Notes: a model not told the origin generated them from the letters alone. Numbered from the stretch's first letter, positions 50,890 through 64,000 are shown. The stretch: DNA of 64,000 nucleotides from Selaginella moellendorffii (GCF_000143415.4 NW_003314285.1:1081370-1145369); one strand, 5' to 3'. Made by a program: numbers and translations.

Positions 50890-51330
50890 GGGAACCAGCG
50901 TGGTGGTGATGAGCAGCTAGGGCGCCAACAGGCACAGGGGCGTGGCGCTGGCGGAGAGTGGCAACAGGCTGGGCGTGGCACCGGCGGCAGTGAGGAGCAG
51001 CAACAAGGAGCGGGCGGCAACGAGGAGCGGGCTGAAGCTGAAGCACAACCACAGCAGGCACAGACAGGGGGCGGGGATCCGAAACCAGATGACCCTGTGT
51101 CTAAGTTTACCTTTAAGGACGACAACAGAGAATACAGGTGCGTGTACTGCAGAGCCGAATTTGTAAGACGCGTCCACGGAGAATCAGAGTGAGGAACCAT
51201 GTTATGATCACAGACTGTAGTGAATGGTTGCGGTGCAAACAAGATCTCGAGCATAGGTTTGAAGCTTTGAACTTACTCTGCCGCGAGGAAGTGCGAGAAT
51301 ACGGCTATAGTCTACCACATTAAATGGTTT
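50890..51330 (+). pseudogene. BED zinc-finger-like coding fragment (transposase or host gene relic)
   Basis: DDPVSKF...YRCVYCRAEF, with RIRVRNHV in an adjacent frame; GC-rich island in AT-rich DNA. Confidence 0.4.
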
Positions 51331-51914
51331 CCGATCATCAAGCGACGTGCAAGCAGGCGCGTGGGTCCGCGTCGGGTCATGGATGAAGATGGACAGCCGA
51401 CTGAGGCCGGGCCGAGAGGAGCCGGGACAACAGGTTGAACTTGAAGCAGAGTCACAGCAGGCAGAGGAGACTCAGGGGATAGTACGTGGGCGTCCACAAT
51501 AATGAACACGTTTGCGGAGATCAACCCCTAAAAGCCGGTCGAAGAAGGTTATTCCGAATTGGGATGACAACGAAGCTTGGGAGTTTGTTAACTATCTTGA
51601 GGATCCAAATATACAACAGCGGTTCAGAAATATTAGAAGGCACCCAGCAGCACCTGTCATGTAGGCATTGACTGAGATATGGAACCCCACAACAAACAAC
51701 GTTGCTGGTGATGCTAACTTCAACTTTCTGAGCTTTGGAGCAGTTTCACTAAATCAAAAATGTTTTAAAAACCGAAAGCCATTTCTTCAAATTAGCCATT
51801 TCAAATTTCAAACCGCAAATGGGTCCGACTGTCAGTCAATCACTCTGACTTAAGTGCTTGACTGACAGCTGGCTGACTGACTCTCAGTCAACAATAGTTG
51901 ACTAGCAGACAGAC

Positions 51915-52022
51915 TTACAATAATTGGTAATAAAAATGAATTACAAATACTGCAAGAATTGATAATAAAAATAAAATACTGCAGGAATTGGTAGTAAAAA
52001 TGAATTACAAATACTGTAAGAA
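51915..52022. repeat. Short tandem repeat, about 3 units of AATTGGTAATAAAAATGAATTACAAATACTGCAAG
   Basis: Directly visible. Confidence 0.7.
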
Positions 52023-52114
52023 TGCTTGAAGTCCTCAATAGCAAAACGCTCCATCCATTAACAACACACTGGCCTCAGCCTGGCCATGCCAGCCAAAAGC
52101 AGTCACGCTGAGTG

Positions 52115-53045
52115 CTCCTACTGACATGATTGTCAGTTCTGGACACAGGTAACTTACAAAACTCGCTCGAAAAAGCTTGATGTGCTATCTGGCTGGAGTC
52201 GGAGAGTTTCAGACGTGGGACCTGCGCCAGCTCATTGGAAAGGAACTTGCATCAATCCACGCCAATAAGACTGTCAAGTACGTGTTAAAGTTTTCCAGAA
52301 GAAAAGACTATAGTGATGAATGAACTCTTTACCAGGAAACTCGTTGGAGATACTATAACGGAGCAAAAGTCTTGACGGGCCCATACAAGAACTCGAGAGA
52401 CTCAGTTGGACATGGAACTCATACGTCGTCGACAGCTGCTGGAAGGCTGGTTCCACACACGAGTAAGAGACGAGGAGGAGCTCCAAATCCTCGGATTGCC
52501 GTGTACGAAGTCTGCTGGACGGATAGCTGCAAGGAAGTTGACATTGCTGCGGGTTTCGATGATGCCATCAACGACGGCGTGGATGTCCTGTCCATCTCAC
52601 TCGGAGGCTATCTCGCAGTTTACAGCGTAGACGTCATTGCGATTGGTGCCTATCACGCCGTTGAAAGAGGGATCATGGTCTTTTACGCTGGTGGAAACTC
52701 TGGACCATTTACTGGATCGGTGTCCAACGGTGCTCTCTGGATCTTCACAGTCGGTGCCACTACAATCGACAGGGAGATCAATGAAGATGCGAAAATATCA
52801 GCCAAGTATAACAGATGATCAAAAGGAGGCCTCGTGGTTTCTGTGCAGTCATAAATCACGAATTCTCAGAGGAACAACGTTTCCTTACAAACCAGCACCT
52901 GTAGTAGCGAAGTTTTCATGAAGAGATCCACACACAATCAGTCCGGATATCATCAAGATACTCGAAAACATACCGTGAAACTTGTGACTTACCTCGCATT
53001 GCAGCCGGACGTTACCGCTCCAGCTTGGCCAAGCAATATCCTTGT
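52115..53045 (+). pseudogene. Subtilisin-like (S8) protease pseudogene
   Basis: PAHWKGTC, RDSVGHGTHTSSTAAG, DGVDVLSISLGG, AGGNSGP, APVVAKFS(stop) and QPDVTAP, with deletions; no catalytic Ser (GTSM) region seen. Confidence 0.88.
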
Positions 53046-56000
53046 CACTATTTCTTTTTTTTTCACCTTCTCTTCTAGAGGACCCGTGAACTCCTTGGGA
53101 CTTAAAGAGCAACGAAAGAAGTATCTTTGCTTGCTATGCTTGAGAAGTTATGGAGCTCATCTTATTTATACTTGCGATTGTAATTGTTGCTTAGAAGAAT
53201 GTTAGTCAATGCAAGAATTTATTTTTAAATATATATAGTATTTTAATTTTTAAAAATACATTGCCACGTGTTTTTCCTAAAAAATATTCAAATAACGTTC
53301 TTTAAAAATTGTGTAGATATGGATGGGCTTACTGTATTATATTCTGATAATTTAATTATAGTTTGGTCATATTGTAAATTGTAAGAAGTAATTGTAATTT
53401 ATTAAAAAATAGTTTTTTTCTCTTCAAAGTGAATTAATTTAGTATTATATGAATCCCATCAAAAACTCATTTTAAAAACCTATATAAACCTGATTTCTTT
53501 TCTAAAATTAAATTATAATTTCTTTTGGTAAGTAATTGTTTGGCTATACTATTATTGGTGTGTAATTTTGATAGTCATAAGATCAGATTCACGCTGGACC
53601 ACTCATTTTTATATAAACTAAGGTTTTATGTTCTTATGAGTATATACATTTTTGGGTCTTACATTAGTGGAGGTAAAGCTCTTAAGAGTGTTCAGATTTG
53701 TAATTTTTCTTTAGATTTAGCTTTTGCATCATCTAGATTTTTGTTGTTCTTATAACTTTTTTTTCTCTCCTCTCATAGTAACTAAATCTTTTATTTATGG
53801 AGAAATAATTGCTATAATTGCTCAATGTTATGCAGTTGTAACTAGATAATTAAAACACAATTGATACTAATGTTCATAACATATGGTGTAACTTCTCTTC
53901 CTCCTACTCTTTTTACCAATCCTTAAGTTTAGTTGAATTTCTTCTATGGGAATTCTAAGGATGATGTATATCATTAGTTTAATCACTTCACAATAATTGT
54001 TCTTGAGATGATGTCTAGTTTTTATTATTACTTCTTACCATTTTTTTCATACTCTTCTCATATTCCCTCGATAATCTTTATAATGCTCTAGTTGATTGGC
54101 TCAAGAAAAAGTATATTGATTTCTTTGACTTTCATATGTCTTCTAGGGCAAAGATTGCAATGTGTCAATCTTGTTTTAATTAGAGATATTCATTTAAACA
54201 AGATTCATGTTTAGTGTTAATCACTAAAAAAGATTAAGATTTTGTGAGCCAATATTAAGGAGATGCTAGAGAAGGGTGTTATTTGTAAATTTTGAAATTA
54301 AATAAATATAAAGTGTTACAAAAGTGGAGCTTGTATTTAAATACTAAATTAACTATTATATGAAGTTATATATTAAAATAATTATTTGCAAAAAATTAAA
54401 AATTATTCTTAAAACACTAAAAGTTGTGTGTGTGTGTGTGTGTATTTATTATTTGCAAAAGGCTATTAAAAACCTTTGCTTCTAAATTTCTATTTTATAT
54501 ATGTATTAAATTATTAAGGTGGCTATGAAAAACATTTATAGGAAAGTAAAGAAAGGTACTTTAAAGATATATATGATTCTTAAAAAAATGCTGCATAAGC
54601 ACTCCATATTTAAATAAAATCTATTATTGTGGAATATTTAAAATGTTACATGAAGATGCAAAAACTATATGAGGATCAAGAATTATCACTTTAGCAGTGC
54701 TCAGGATTTTAACCATAGTATCTTTTAAAAAGTTTTGAAGACACTTTAATTTTAATATTTTTTATAGATTTGCTCTACAAACTTGTTATTGGATTTTGTA
54801 GATTGACAATAATTGTAAATACTAGAAGTTGTAAAATTTGTGGTAGCCATCCTGGAGGAAAAGAAAAATAAAAATTTTCATAGGAAAATACAAAGAGATA
54901 AGTTTAAATTTTTTTTATAACAAAGTTCTTTACAAGAAGTGGATTGAAGATTCTTTTTTATATATCAAAATGAGAAGTGCTTAGAATTCAAAGATGGTTG
55001 AAATTTTAGGTTATTGTTTGGTTTTAAATTTCATCATTTTAAACTGATGTTTAGTGAAATGGCATAAAATTTTTTACTACAATTAAATTTTTATTTTTAT
55101 TTTTTATGTATATATTAAATTTTATGTGTTTATATATATAGACACACACACACATACATACACACAACTAAGTGTTAAATATATAGAAGTGAATGGAACA
55201 TTGTTATAGTTATCATTACAACTTTTACATATAAAATTAATACCCACTTATAGAAAAATAAAAATAAAAATTTATATATTTAACATTATGGATATTACAA
55301 GTATATATTTTCTTAAAAAAATTTGAGTTATTTTAGTACTAGTCTCATTGCTTAAATCCTGTTGTAGTGTTGTATATTATTAATGCTAAAACATTAAGAA
55401 TACTTAAAAATATTATTATTTATTGGTGTAATTATTTAATATTATTGTATACTTGTCCTTGGAGTTTTAACTTTTTATTAACAGAAATTTAAAGTTAATA
55501 AATGAAAGAATTTCAAGTAAAATAAAGTTCTTCAGATACATAGATAAAGGTGATACTTCTAAAGATGGAGAAAAATAATTTTAAGAAACTTGGTTGTATT
55601 TAGATCCATGATTAAAAATATTTACAATATAAGGAAAATTTTGATTAATAGTTGACAAATAGATGCATAACTTCGGGGAAAAAGATTGGCTCTAAGGGTT
55701 GGGCTTAGGGGTTTGTGGCTTGACTTTGTAGGCTGCTAACAGTTTGCCCAAGCTGTTTGTGTGGCAATGGTGAGTCCTGGTGTGCCAACCTGGTGACGGA
55801 CGCAAAGTGCCCCCCCCCCTATAGGGAGCATTCCCTAAGCATCTAATAACCGACTCAAAACTAGAACAAACAAAGGGAATTTGACTGTTTAATTAAAACA
55901 AAACATTCCCTATAGATGTTGATGCAATGTGATTTCTGTTTAGTTATCTAAATGTCAAAGTGAAAAAATTCAACCACCAATCTTCACTTTACAGAAAGAC

Positions 56001-56164
56001 AAATCAAAACATTTTAGACATGTCCTTCTCAATTTCTAAGAACATGCAATTGATCTTGATGCTTGTGGACTTTCCATTCGTAGGAATTTTTCCTAGTATA
56101 AGTTCAACACACACTTACCTCTCCATCCTCATCTCTTTCACTCTTTTCTCTTATCTTCTTCTCA

Positions 56165-57764
56165 ATGTCCAAAATCTCTCAAAGGATTTCCATGGATTCT
56201 CTTCTCTACTCCAGCGTTTGGTACTACTGGACGACTTGTCTGTGCTTGGCGATCGCATTCTTTGCGCTGCTCAATCTCTACTCGAGGAAGAGGGCGCATA
56301 GCAATCTTCCACCCGGTCCCTTTTCCTGGCCTCTTGTTGGATCACTGCCCTCTCTCGGCCGCTCCAGGCACCGCTCTCTCCATCGTCTCGCCAAGAAGTA
56401 TGGACCGATCATGTATATGGAGCTGGGAAGCCGTCCTCACGTAATCATCAGCAGCCCCGCGATGGCCAGGGAGGTTCTCAAGGATCACGATGTCGAGTTT
56501 GCGAGCAGGCCCCAGTTCCACACCTTCTTCAAGAACGTAAGCCACGACTACAATGATCTTGTGTTTGCTCCTCACGGCGAGCGCTGGAAGATGCTGCGGC
56601 GAGTGAGCGGCACGGAGATCTTCGCCGCCGGGAGAGTGAACCACTTCTCTGGGATCCGCAAGCGCGAGCTCGCGGCGTTTGCCTCGATCATCGAGAAGTC
56701 GGCGGCTGCCGGGGAGGCGTTTGATCTCACCGCGCTGCTCCACGAGCTCTTCACCAACTTGATGACGTCGGTTCTCTTCGGCCAGAAGTTCTATAACTCG
56801 GACACCCCTGTCACCCGAGAGGCCGAGGCTTATCGCGCTGTGTGGGACACGATCATCGCGGAGTCGGAGCGGCTGTACATCGGAGACTTCATCCCTGCGC
56901 TGCGATGGGTCGATAAGGTCAAGAGGAGCGAGCACAGGCTGAAGAACCAGATCATACCGGCAGTGGAGAACTTCCTGAACGCGATCGTCAAGCAGCACAA
57001 GGAGAGCTTCGTCGCGGAGAATCCTCCCAGGGACTTTGTGGACGTGATGCTCTCACTGGGTGGCGAGAACAAGCTGGACGACATGGCGATCATCGCACTC
57101 CTCCAGGTAAGGAGAAAAAAATCTCTTCTTGCTCGCTAAGAACTCGTGCTCGATTTCTTGATAGAATCTTCTCTTAGCTGGGACGAACACCTCCAAAGGC
57201 ACTGTGGAGTGGGCGATGTCCGAGATGATACGCTGCCCCGGCGTCCAGAAGAAGGCGCACGAAGAGCTCGACCGGATCGTTGGAAGGAACCGCTGCCTGG
57301 AAGAGACAGACCTCAAAGATCTCCCTTACATCCAAGCCATCGTCAAGGAAGTCCTGCGCTTGCATCCACTGGCCACCACTGGCCTCCCACACAGCAATCC
57401 CGCGACCTCCCAGCTCGCCGGCTACACAATCCCGGCCAACACCACGCTGCTCGTCAATATCTGGGGGATCCATCACGACCCGGCGAACTGGAGCGATCCC
57501 GAGAGCTTCTGCCCAGAGCGATTCCTGGGCAGCGATCACAGCGTCCTGGGGAACCACTTCGATCTCATACCTTTCGGATCCGGGCGGCGCCGCTGCGTGG
57601 GAATACCGCTGGCGATTCCCCACGTGTCGCTCACGCTGGCCTATCTTCTGCATCGATTCGAGTGGAGGATGCCGGATGGGCAGGAGATTGACATGGAGGA
57701 GAAGACGGGGCTGGCGACCATGCCCGCCAAGCACCGGATTGTCTGCGCCACTGTGAGAAAATGA
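56165..57764 (+). CDS. Cytochrome P450, CYP71 clan, copy 2 (about 513 aa)
   Basis: Near-identical to copy 1; exons 56165-57106 and 57165-57764; AGTNTS and FGSGRRRCVG. Confidence 0.96.
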
Positions 57765-58920
57765 ACAACTTTACGGATACCTTTAAAATATTTGTATTTG
57801 CAAAGTAGCAAACCTTTACGTCGGATCTGAATTAATGAAGAAGGTTGAAGAGCATGGAATGAAAAGACACACGCCCAGCTTGTGAAGACAACGTGATTAG
57901 TTCTTGGAAGAACACCAAGTGGATTAGATGCAGCTTAAGGTACAGCTCACGTTGATCATTTGTGGACCAGAATCAATAAATGTCTGCTAGTTCTGGGAAA
58001 TTGAGAATGAAACATTTGAAATGTTTCCACTGATGTATTTTAGATTGTCTGAACGCCTTACTCCATGTATTCTGTAAAAGTGAAGATTGGGAAAGTCTTT
58101 TGTACCTTTAATTCAAGTAGAACCAAGAAGTTTGGACCTTTACAAACAAATGTAGAAACAGCACCTGCTCAAACCTTGCCAATTACCCACAAATGGGATC
58201 GGGGGAGTACTCTGGACTAGGAATTCCAAGCCATTGCTCACTTTGAAGCGAATTCCCAAGACAAAGGACCATGACATATATCTTTCCACTCCTTTCTCTT
58301 ATCTCCCATTTCTCTTTCTTCTCAATCTCCAAAATCGAAAGGAATTCCATGGACCAGCTCGCCAGCCACACAATCCCGGCCAACACCACACCGCTCGTCA
58401 ATATCTGGGGGATTCATCACGACCCGGCCCAGAGTCCTGAGCAGCAACCGCAACGGATATGACCAAGCATTAAGAGCCCTAAAAACTAAAAATAAACCTT
58501 TTATTGTACGGCAAGGCGCAGCAATCCAACGGTTCCAAGGCCAAGACGTGGAGGCAATGGCTCCAAGGCGAGGCGTGGCACCATTCGATTCGAATTTGCA
58601 ATCTGATTTTTAAGCTCGATGCCCTTTTTAAGCTTGGAGATTTTAAGAATATTGGATGCAAACATTTGCCACAGAGCGCTCAGACCTTTTGACGTGCTCA
58701 ACAGTCTATAAAGGTAAAGCCTGTCTTTGCAGAACTAGCCACCTGACATAAAACATATGTTCATTGGTAGTAAGCCGGGTCCAAGCATGGCTCAGAAGGA
58801 TTACACAAAGGCACAGGCCTAGATAGAACAAATGCAGGCTCAGCTAGCCAAGATGGTCGTAGACCATATAGTTCCTGATAAAGCTAGTGCAGGCCCAACT
58901 AGCCATACTGTGTAATGCTA

Positions 58921-59990
58921 CAAGACAGTTAAAGAGCATAAGAATATATGGTTTTTGGAATAACACTAGGGCTTTGAAGATGTAGTTTAAAGTGCAGGAA
59001 GAGTTCATAAAAACCATGTGGTTCACAAGTAGTACCAAAAGCTCAAGGGAAATAATGAAGATGGCAGTTAAAGACTTATGTACAGCCTTTTTGAAAACAA
59101 ATACAATAGGCTTTTTAAATTTTAATCGTGACAGTGTTCATCTTTAAAAAGGCTGTACACAAATCTTCAGTTACCATCTTTGTAAAATGCATATTACTTC
59201 CCTTCCCAAGAACTCTGGAATTTGAAATACTTGTGAACCATAGAATTTTCATGAATTCCTCCTACACCTTAAACTATATCTTCAAAGCCCTAATCATGCC
59301 TGATATTATTCTAAGAACCATAACTTCTTGTGCTTTCTCATGCTCTTCAACCGTCTTTATAAGCTATGTCTGTACCTTTTCATGGTCTTTAACTGTCTTG
59401 GTTCTTGTACTAGTGTTTGGGAGTGCTGCAAATGTTTGTACAACCTTTCTTAAGATGAATGCTGTCACAATCACAACATTGTTTAGTGTGATAAGTTTCT
59501 ATCTTCCTTTGTGGAGCTTTAAGTGTTTATATACATTTACAACTGGAACAAAGAAAAACGAGCCTATTAGGAACTTTCAGGCCATAACATCACACCGTGT
59601 GGTTTTTATGTGCCAAACGATGTTGTAGTTGTGCTGTACACGAGAATCACACTGTATGATGTTATGGCCTGAGAGCTCCTCTTTAACAAATTCGTCTTTC
59701 TTTGTTACAGTCGTGAATCTTTACAAAGGAAGCAAAAAGTTAGAGCTTCACAAAGGAAGAAAAATCTACTAAGTCAGACAATGCTGTGGTCGTGACAGTG
59801 TGGTTCTCGTGCTGGTGCGCGGATGTATATACAGCCTTTCTGAAGGCGAATGCCATCACGACCATGATATGGTCTAGCCTGGTAAGTTTCAGTCTATCTT
59901 CCTTTGTGGAGCTCTAATCCTCTATAGACATTCACGATTGGAACAAAGAAAAACAAATCTGGTGTCATACAGTGTGGTTTTTGTGCTGGT
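58921..59990. repeat. Two adjacent long imperfect inverted repeats plus a third direct copy of one arm
   Basis: 58921-59100 pairs with 59134-59400; 59462-59610 pairs with 59640-59800; 59850-59990 repeats the 59462 arm. Confidence 0.8.
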
Positions 59991-61157
59991 GCTGGGAGTG
60001 TTGCAAATGACAATGGTGTTGTCCATGAAATTGATGCTCTCCTTGATAATACTTGTCGAATGGGGGATTTCATTTTTAAGTGCTTTGGCAAGCATTTAGA
60101 AAGTCACTATGGAGGAGTGGGTATGGTATAAAACCATGCTGATCAAACAACACAAAAGTGGTCATCCAAATGTGCCATAAGCTACCTCCCAGCTCGAGAA
60201 GGAGCATGTAGCTCAAGTGGATGAGCTCTTAACAAATTATCTCACTTACTGACGTTTATTTGGTTTTCTATTGATAGATGTTTATATAAACTTGTTCTAG
60301 AGGTACATAACATAGAAGCTCTATCATTCAGGGGTGATGAGAGAACATACCTTGCCAGTGCTCTTTTGGGGCAGACATAACTATTATCTACATGAAAAGG
60401 TGGAGGGATGATATCATTAAGTCCCTTGGTTGTGGGACCAAAGTATCATTGCAAACAAGTAAGAAGTTTTATATAGAGATTTTTCTTACATTAAATTTTT
60501 TTAATGAGTTTTATTTGTTGACTTGGCAGCCAAGTTCAGAGCTCGGGTGGTTGGCTCCACACCTCTTACTCGAGTTTTAGCTCATGCGCAGTCTCCCAAG
60601 CTTTAGAAATTGAGGCAAAAGGAATAAAAGTCTACTTACTTTACTCAATTAGATACTTCTTAATAATGCTATTAGTTTTCATTTTTTTTATATGTAGTTG
60701 ATATTTATTTAGTAAGCTCAATCAAGATAGTAAAAAATTGATAGAATAATTTTAATATATTGCTAATAAATATAATAAAAACTTTAGAATTTAAATTTGG
60801 ATGTTGGTTTTTATAGGATGAAGGAAGTTTCGTAAAAAATATTGTAGTTGAAAGTTAAAAATTTTATACATATATACCAAACATTCCATCATAAAGACAA
60901 TGTTCTTATTATATTCATATGCTTAATGTATAAAACTCCAATTGAACAGGTTACATTTTATATATTTCAATGTATTTTTAAAATAAAAATGTTTGATATT
61001 TTAATGGTAAAATGGTATAAAGTTTTTATTAGATATTTTCCTCTAATTAATTAATTAATCAAGTAAAATTTAAATTATTTTTTATTAAATAATTAATAAT
61101 AATTTAATTTCTAGATAAATAGCTAAATTTATTTAGAATATTATTGTTACTTGTTGT

Positions 61158-62290
61158 TGTTGCTAATGTGACTTCGGGTATCGAAAATTATCTATCGATT
61201 AGTCCTTTTAGATATTCTTCCTTACTGCCACGACAGCAGGAGATCAGTATTGCTGGACCCATTATCAATTTCCACTTGAGCTACTTGAGAAATTGGTCAA
61301 TGAACATGCATTTAAATTGAATAAACATAAGGTAGGAACTCTGTTTTTTACTAAGCATACTCAGCCTGGTTTGAGAAACTTGTGTCATTGGTTTGCATTT
61401 GCTAGTATCAAGAACCCCTGCAATATTGAGCTTGGTCCCTCAATATTCGCTAGATGATAGCTTACTGTGTTTGCCAAACACCTTCGCTATCATGCCCTTT
61501 GTGTTAGTCTCATCTCAGTTCTAAATGCTATTTATAGAAAGTGTCTAGATTTGCTCATTTGGCATATCTACGGAATGTAGAGATTGTCCTGAACACAATG
61601 GTGTTTATCCTATGTCTAAATTCACAATTTAAAAATATTCCATATTTAATAAGTTTCAAACTTGTCCCAGAGACTAACTCCTGGTACTAAAGGAGGCTTG
61701 GGTGAAAGCCCAAAGTGTGTGTTCCTTAAAAGCCCGGGGGGGGGGGGGGTCTATGGGGGGTTCCAAATGTATAATAAGGATAGTGGGTAATATGGCCAAC
61801 CAACTTGAGGCATAGTCTAGCTCCTGCTTGCATGTTTGTCTTTGTTTAACGTCCGGCTTTGGTCTAAGCCTTAATTTCCATTCCATGCTAGTTGGTGGAG
61901 TACCCATATCCTTACGTTAGACTATCGGTATGCTGAAATAGCACTAGATTATGTTTGGCTCCGTTTTGCATGCTAGTCTTGGCATTGGGATCTTGGTTGC
62001 TCTAGGACTAATCCAAGTTGCTTCGTGCTCTTGTCCCTTCATTCTTTGGGCTATATGTTTGAGAGTTGTTTCGTGCTCTAATGCCAATCTTCTTGGCTCT
62101 ATGCTTGGGAGTTTAACACCATTCCTTCATTCAATGGCCTATGGCCTTGAAACTTGGGTTCTGCACTGCATATGGCACGTGGCAAGTGACACGTGGCACA
62201 TGGAGGGTTTAGGTTCCACTTCCGTGGTTATCTTATGGTAAATCACTAGGATAAAGGGTAAAAACCATGTGCATATATTTGGTATTAGAG
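61158..62290 (+). mobile_element. Family A 5' LTR with Met PBS; degenerate internal sequence probably continues to the right
   Basis: Collinear with 36577-37711 and followed by TT-TGGTATTAGAG at 62278-62290, which fixes the sense orientation of family A. Confidence 0.85.
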
Positions 62291-63519
62291 AATACGTCTT
62301 AGTGAGTATTATTTAATAAGATTGGGCAACTAGTCTTGTTGCATATGTAGAGATGAAAATGATGATCCGAGTGGATACACATTTGGGTGCTAAGACTTTG
62401 CATTGGTTCCTTGGGTATGGATTTGGTTACCTTTTTATACCGTAATAATGTGAGCGTGCTCTTGGGTATAAGAGGGACTGAGTTGGCAAGATGAATTTGA
62501 GGTGTATTATTTTGCACAAGTTTATGCTTGGGCTTGTGAGAGAGGCACATTAGCAACTCAAGGTTACATTTTGAGTTGGTAGGGTTAATGTTAGCCTATC
62601 AGTGGTTCCATGAGTTGTCCCTTGTACCATGGGTGAAAGTAAACCTCCTCTAGGTTTATTATAAGTGGTAAATAGGTTAATCCATAGTTGTTTAGCACAA
62701 CACTAATGCATCCTTCTTAGGCATAATTACATGTGGATGAACCAAGAGTATAGGGATTAGTCTATTGGTTCAAGTAGTCATTGTTGTGCTCTCTCATAAA
62801 CTTTTCTTAGATTGGACTGAAGGCAATGCAAACAAAAGCTTGAGGTTTAGTTAAAAGATAAGACCGAAAAGAGAGTTATTAAGGACGAAGGATCAAACAC
62901 GTAAATCATTTTCTCTCCTTAGAGATATGATTTGCAACGAAGTGTGACTCATTGCTTGCATTCACAATATACAATCAAGAGTCTCTACTTTGATGCATGT
63001 TGGAAATGATGGTCTTGTAAATAATGAGTCATCAAATGGATAGCAATGAAGTGCTAAACCATTTTGTTTAAACTTGCTATTAGAAGACTTGGGTTACAAT
63101 ACTCAATTCTTTTCTCCTTGAGTAGCTTGGTGTTAGATTAGTTTTGAGTTTGGTTGAAAAGAGAATGACATGAGTTTATCCGTGTTGTGAACAAAAGTTA
63201 GTGGTGTTAGGTATTATAAATCTCTATTGGTGGGGTGTGGCATTTATGTTACATTTTGTCGAATAGAGTTGGCATTTGATACTCACATAAACCTTTGGAG
63301 TAACATGGGTGTTGCTCGTGGTGTTGCTCGATTGATGATCAAGTCATTGTGATTTTTATATCATATCCATGTGATAGTGAACAATGTGTTTACGAAGTTG
63401 CTTGGTTAAACAATGATCAGCCTCAAAGTGGTTGATGGTGAAGCTAGTCTACTTGCATGAAGTAGCATTGTAGTAGCTTTGACTGGATTTTCGATGGTGG
63501 TCCATTATGCTAAGTTTAA

Positions 63520-64000
63520 GTTGGTACTTTGTTTCTTGAGTTTGACTATTGAGGTGTTGGAAAAGTTATAGCATTCACTTGCTATAGCTTGTTGGTTTAT
63601 CCATTAATACTTGAAGTAGATTGTTGGACGGAGAAAATGTGTAATTAACGCATTGATATCACTAGCACTTGTGTTAGTGGAAATGGCATTTTTATTTTGT
63701 GTGATAAGGAATTTTTTTTAAATTTTGAATTTCCATATCATTTTTCTTGTTAGTGGTTTTGGCTTCACGTTGGTACTTTGTTTCTTGAGTTTGACTATTG
63801 AGGTGTTGGAAAAGTTATAGCATTCACTTGCTATAGCTTGTTGGTTTATCCATTAATACTTGAAGTAGATTGTTGGACGGAGAAAATGTGTAATTAACGC
63901 ATTGATATCACTAGCACTTGTGTTAGTGGAAATGGCATTTTTATTTTGTGTGATAAGGAATTTTTTTTAAATTTTGAATTTCCATATCATTTTTCTTGTT
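63520..64000. repeat. Identical 249-bp tandem duplication (second unit cut by the window end)
   Basis: GTTGGTACTTTGTTTCTTGAG... at 63520 and 63769. Confidence 0.9.

Noticed and set aside
17763-57764. Biosynthetic gene cluster (GDSL, peptide precursor, P450s, subtilase)
   Set aside because: Genes are interspersed with housekeeping loci, the subtilase is a pseudogene and no scaffold enzyme is present; co-expression data would be needed.
59128-59628. 166-aa hydrophobic ORF
   Set aside because: Runs through inverted-repeat arms, has no ATG start and no family motif.

Overview
Plant nuclear DNA. Very short GT-AG introns (about 55-90 bp), compact genes and GC-rich exons suggest a lycophyte such as Selaginella (inference). 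Positions 1-12.4 kb are a nest of LTR retroelements. A degenerate minus-strand Ty3/gypsy (family A, Met PBS) carries a solo LTR of its own family in gag. Its 5' LTR holds a Trp-PBS element whose gag is fused in frame to integrase with no PR/RT/RH (itself carrying a 1.8 kb solo LTR with hexamer arrays), and a 5S-rRNA-bearing Cassandra-type TRIM. Positions 17.7-33.2 kb are a gene-dense core: GDSL lipase, GNOM-type ARF-GEF, a small secreted Pro/Phe/Arg-repeat peptide, an NCL Na+/Ca2+ exchanger, tRNA-Val(AAC) with G33, a DUF1336/EDR2_C protein, EXO5 and a SPARK-like secreted protein. Positions 34-59 kb are a duplicated CYP71-clan P450 segment in which both genes have an atypical AGTNTS I-helix. 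Copy 1 is followed by an 11.7 kb Ty3/gypsy whose 5' extension, gag-pol and the start of a 3' extra ORF share one frame, and by a second Cassandra-type TRIM; both empty target sites are visible in copy 2. The right end holds long inverted repeats and another family-A LTR with PBS.
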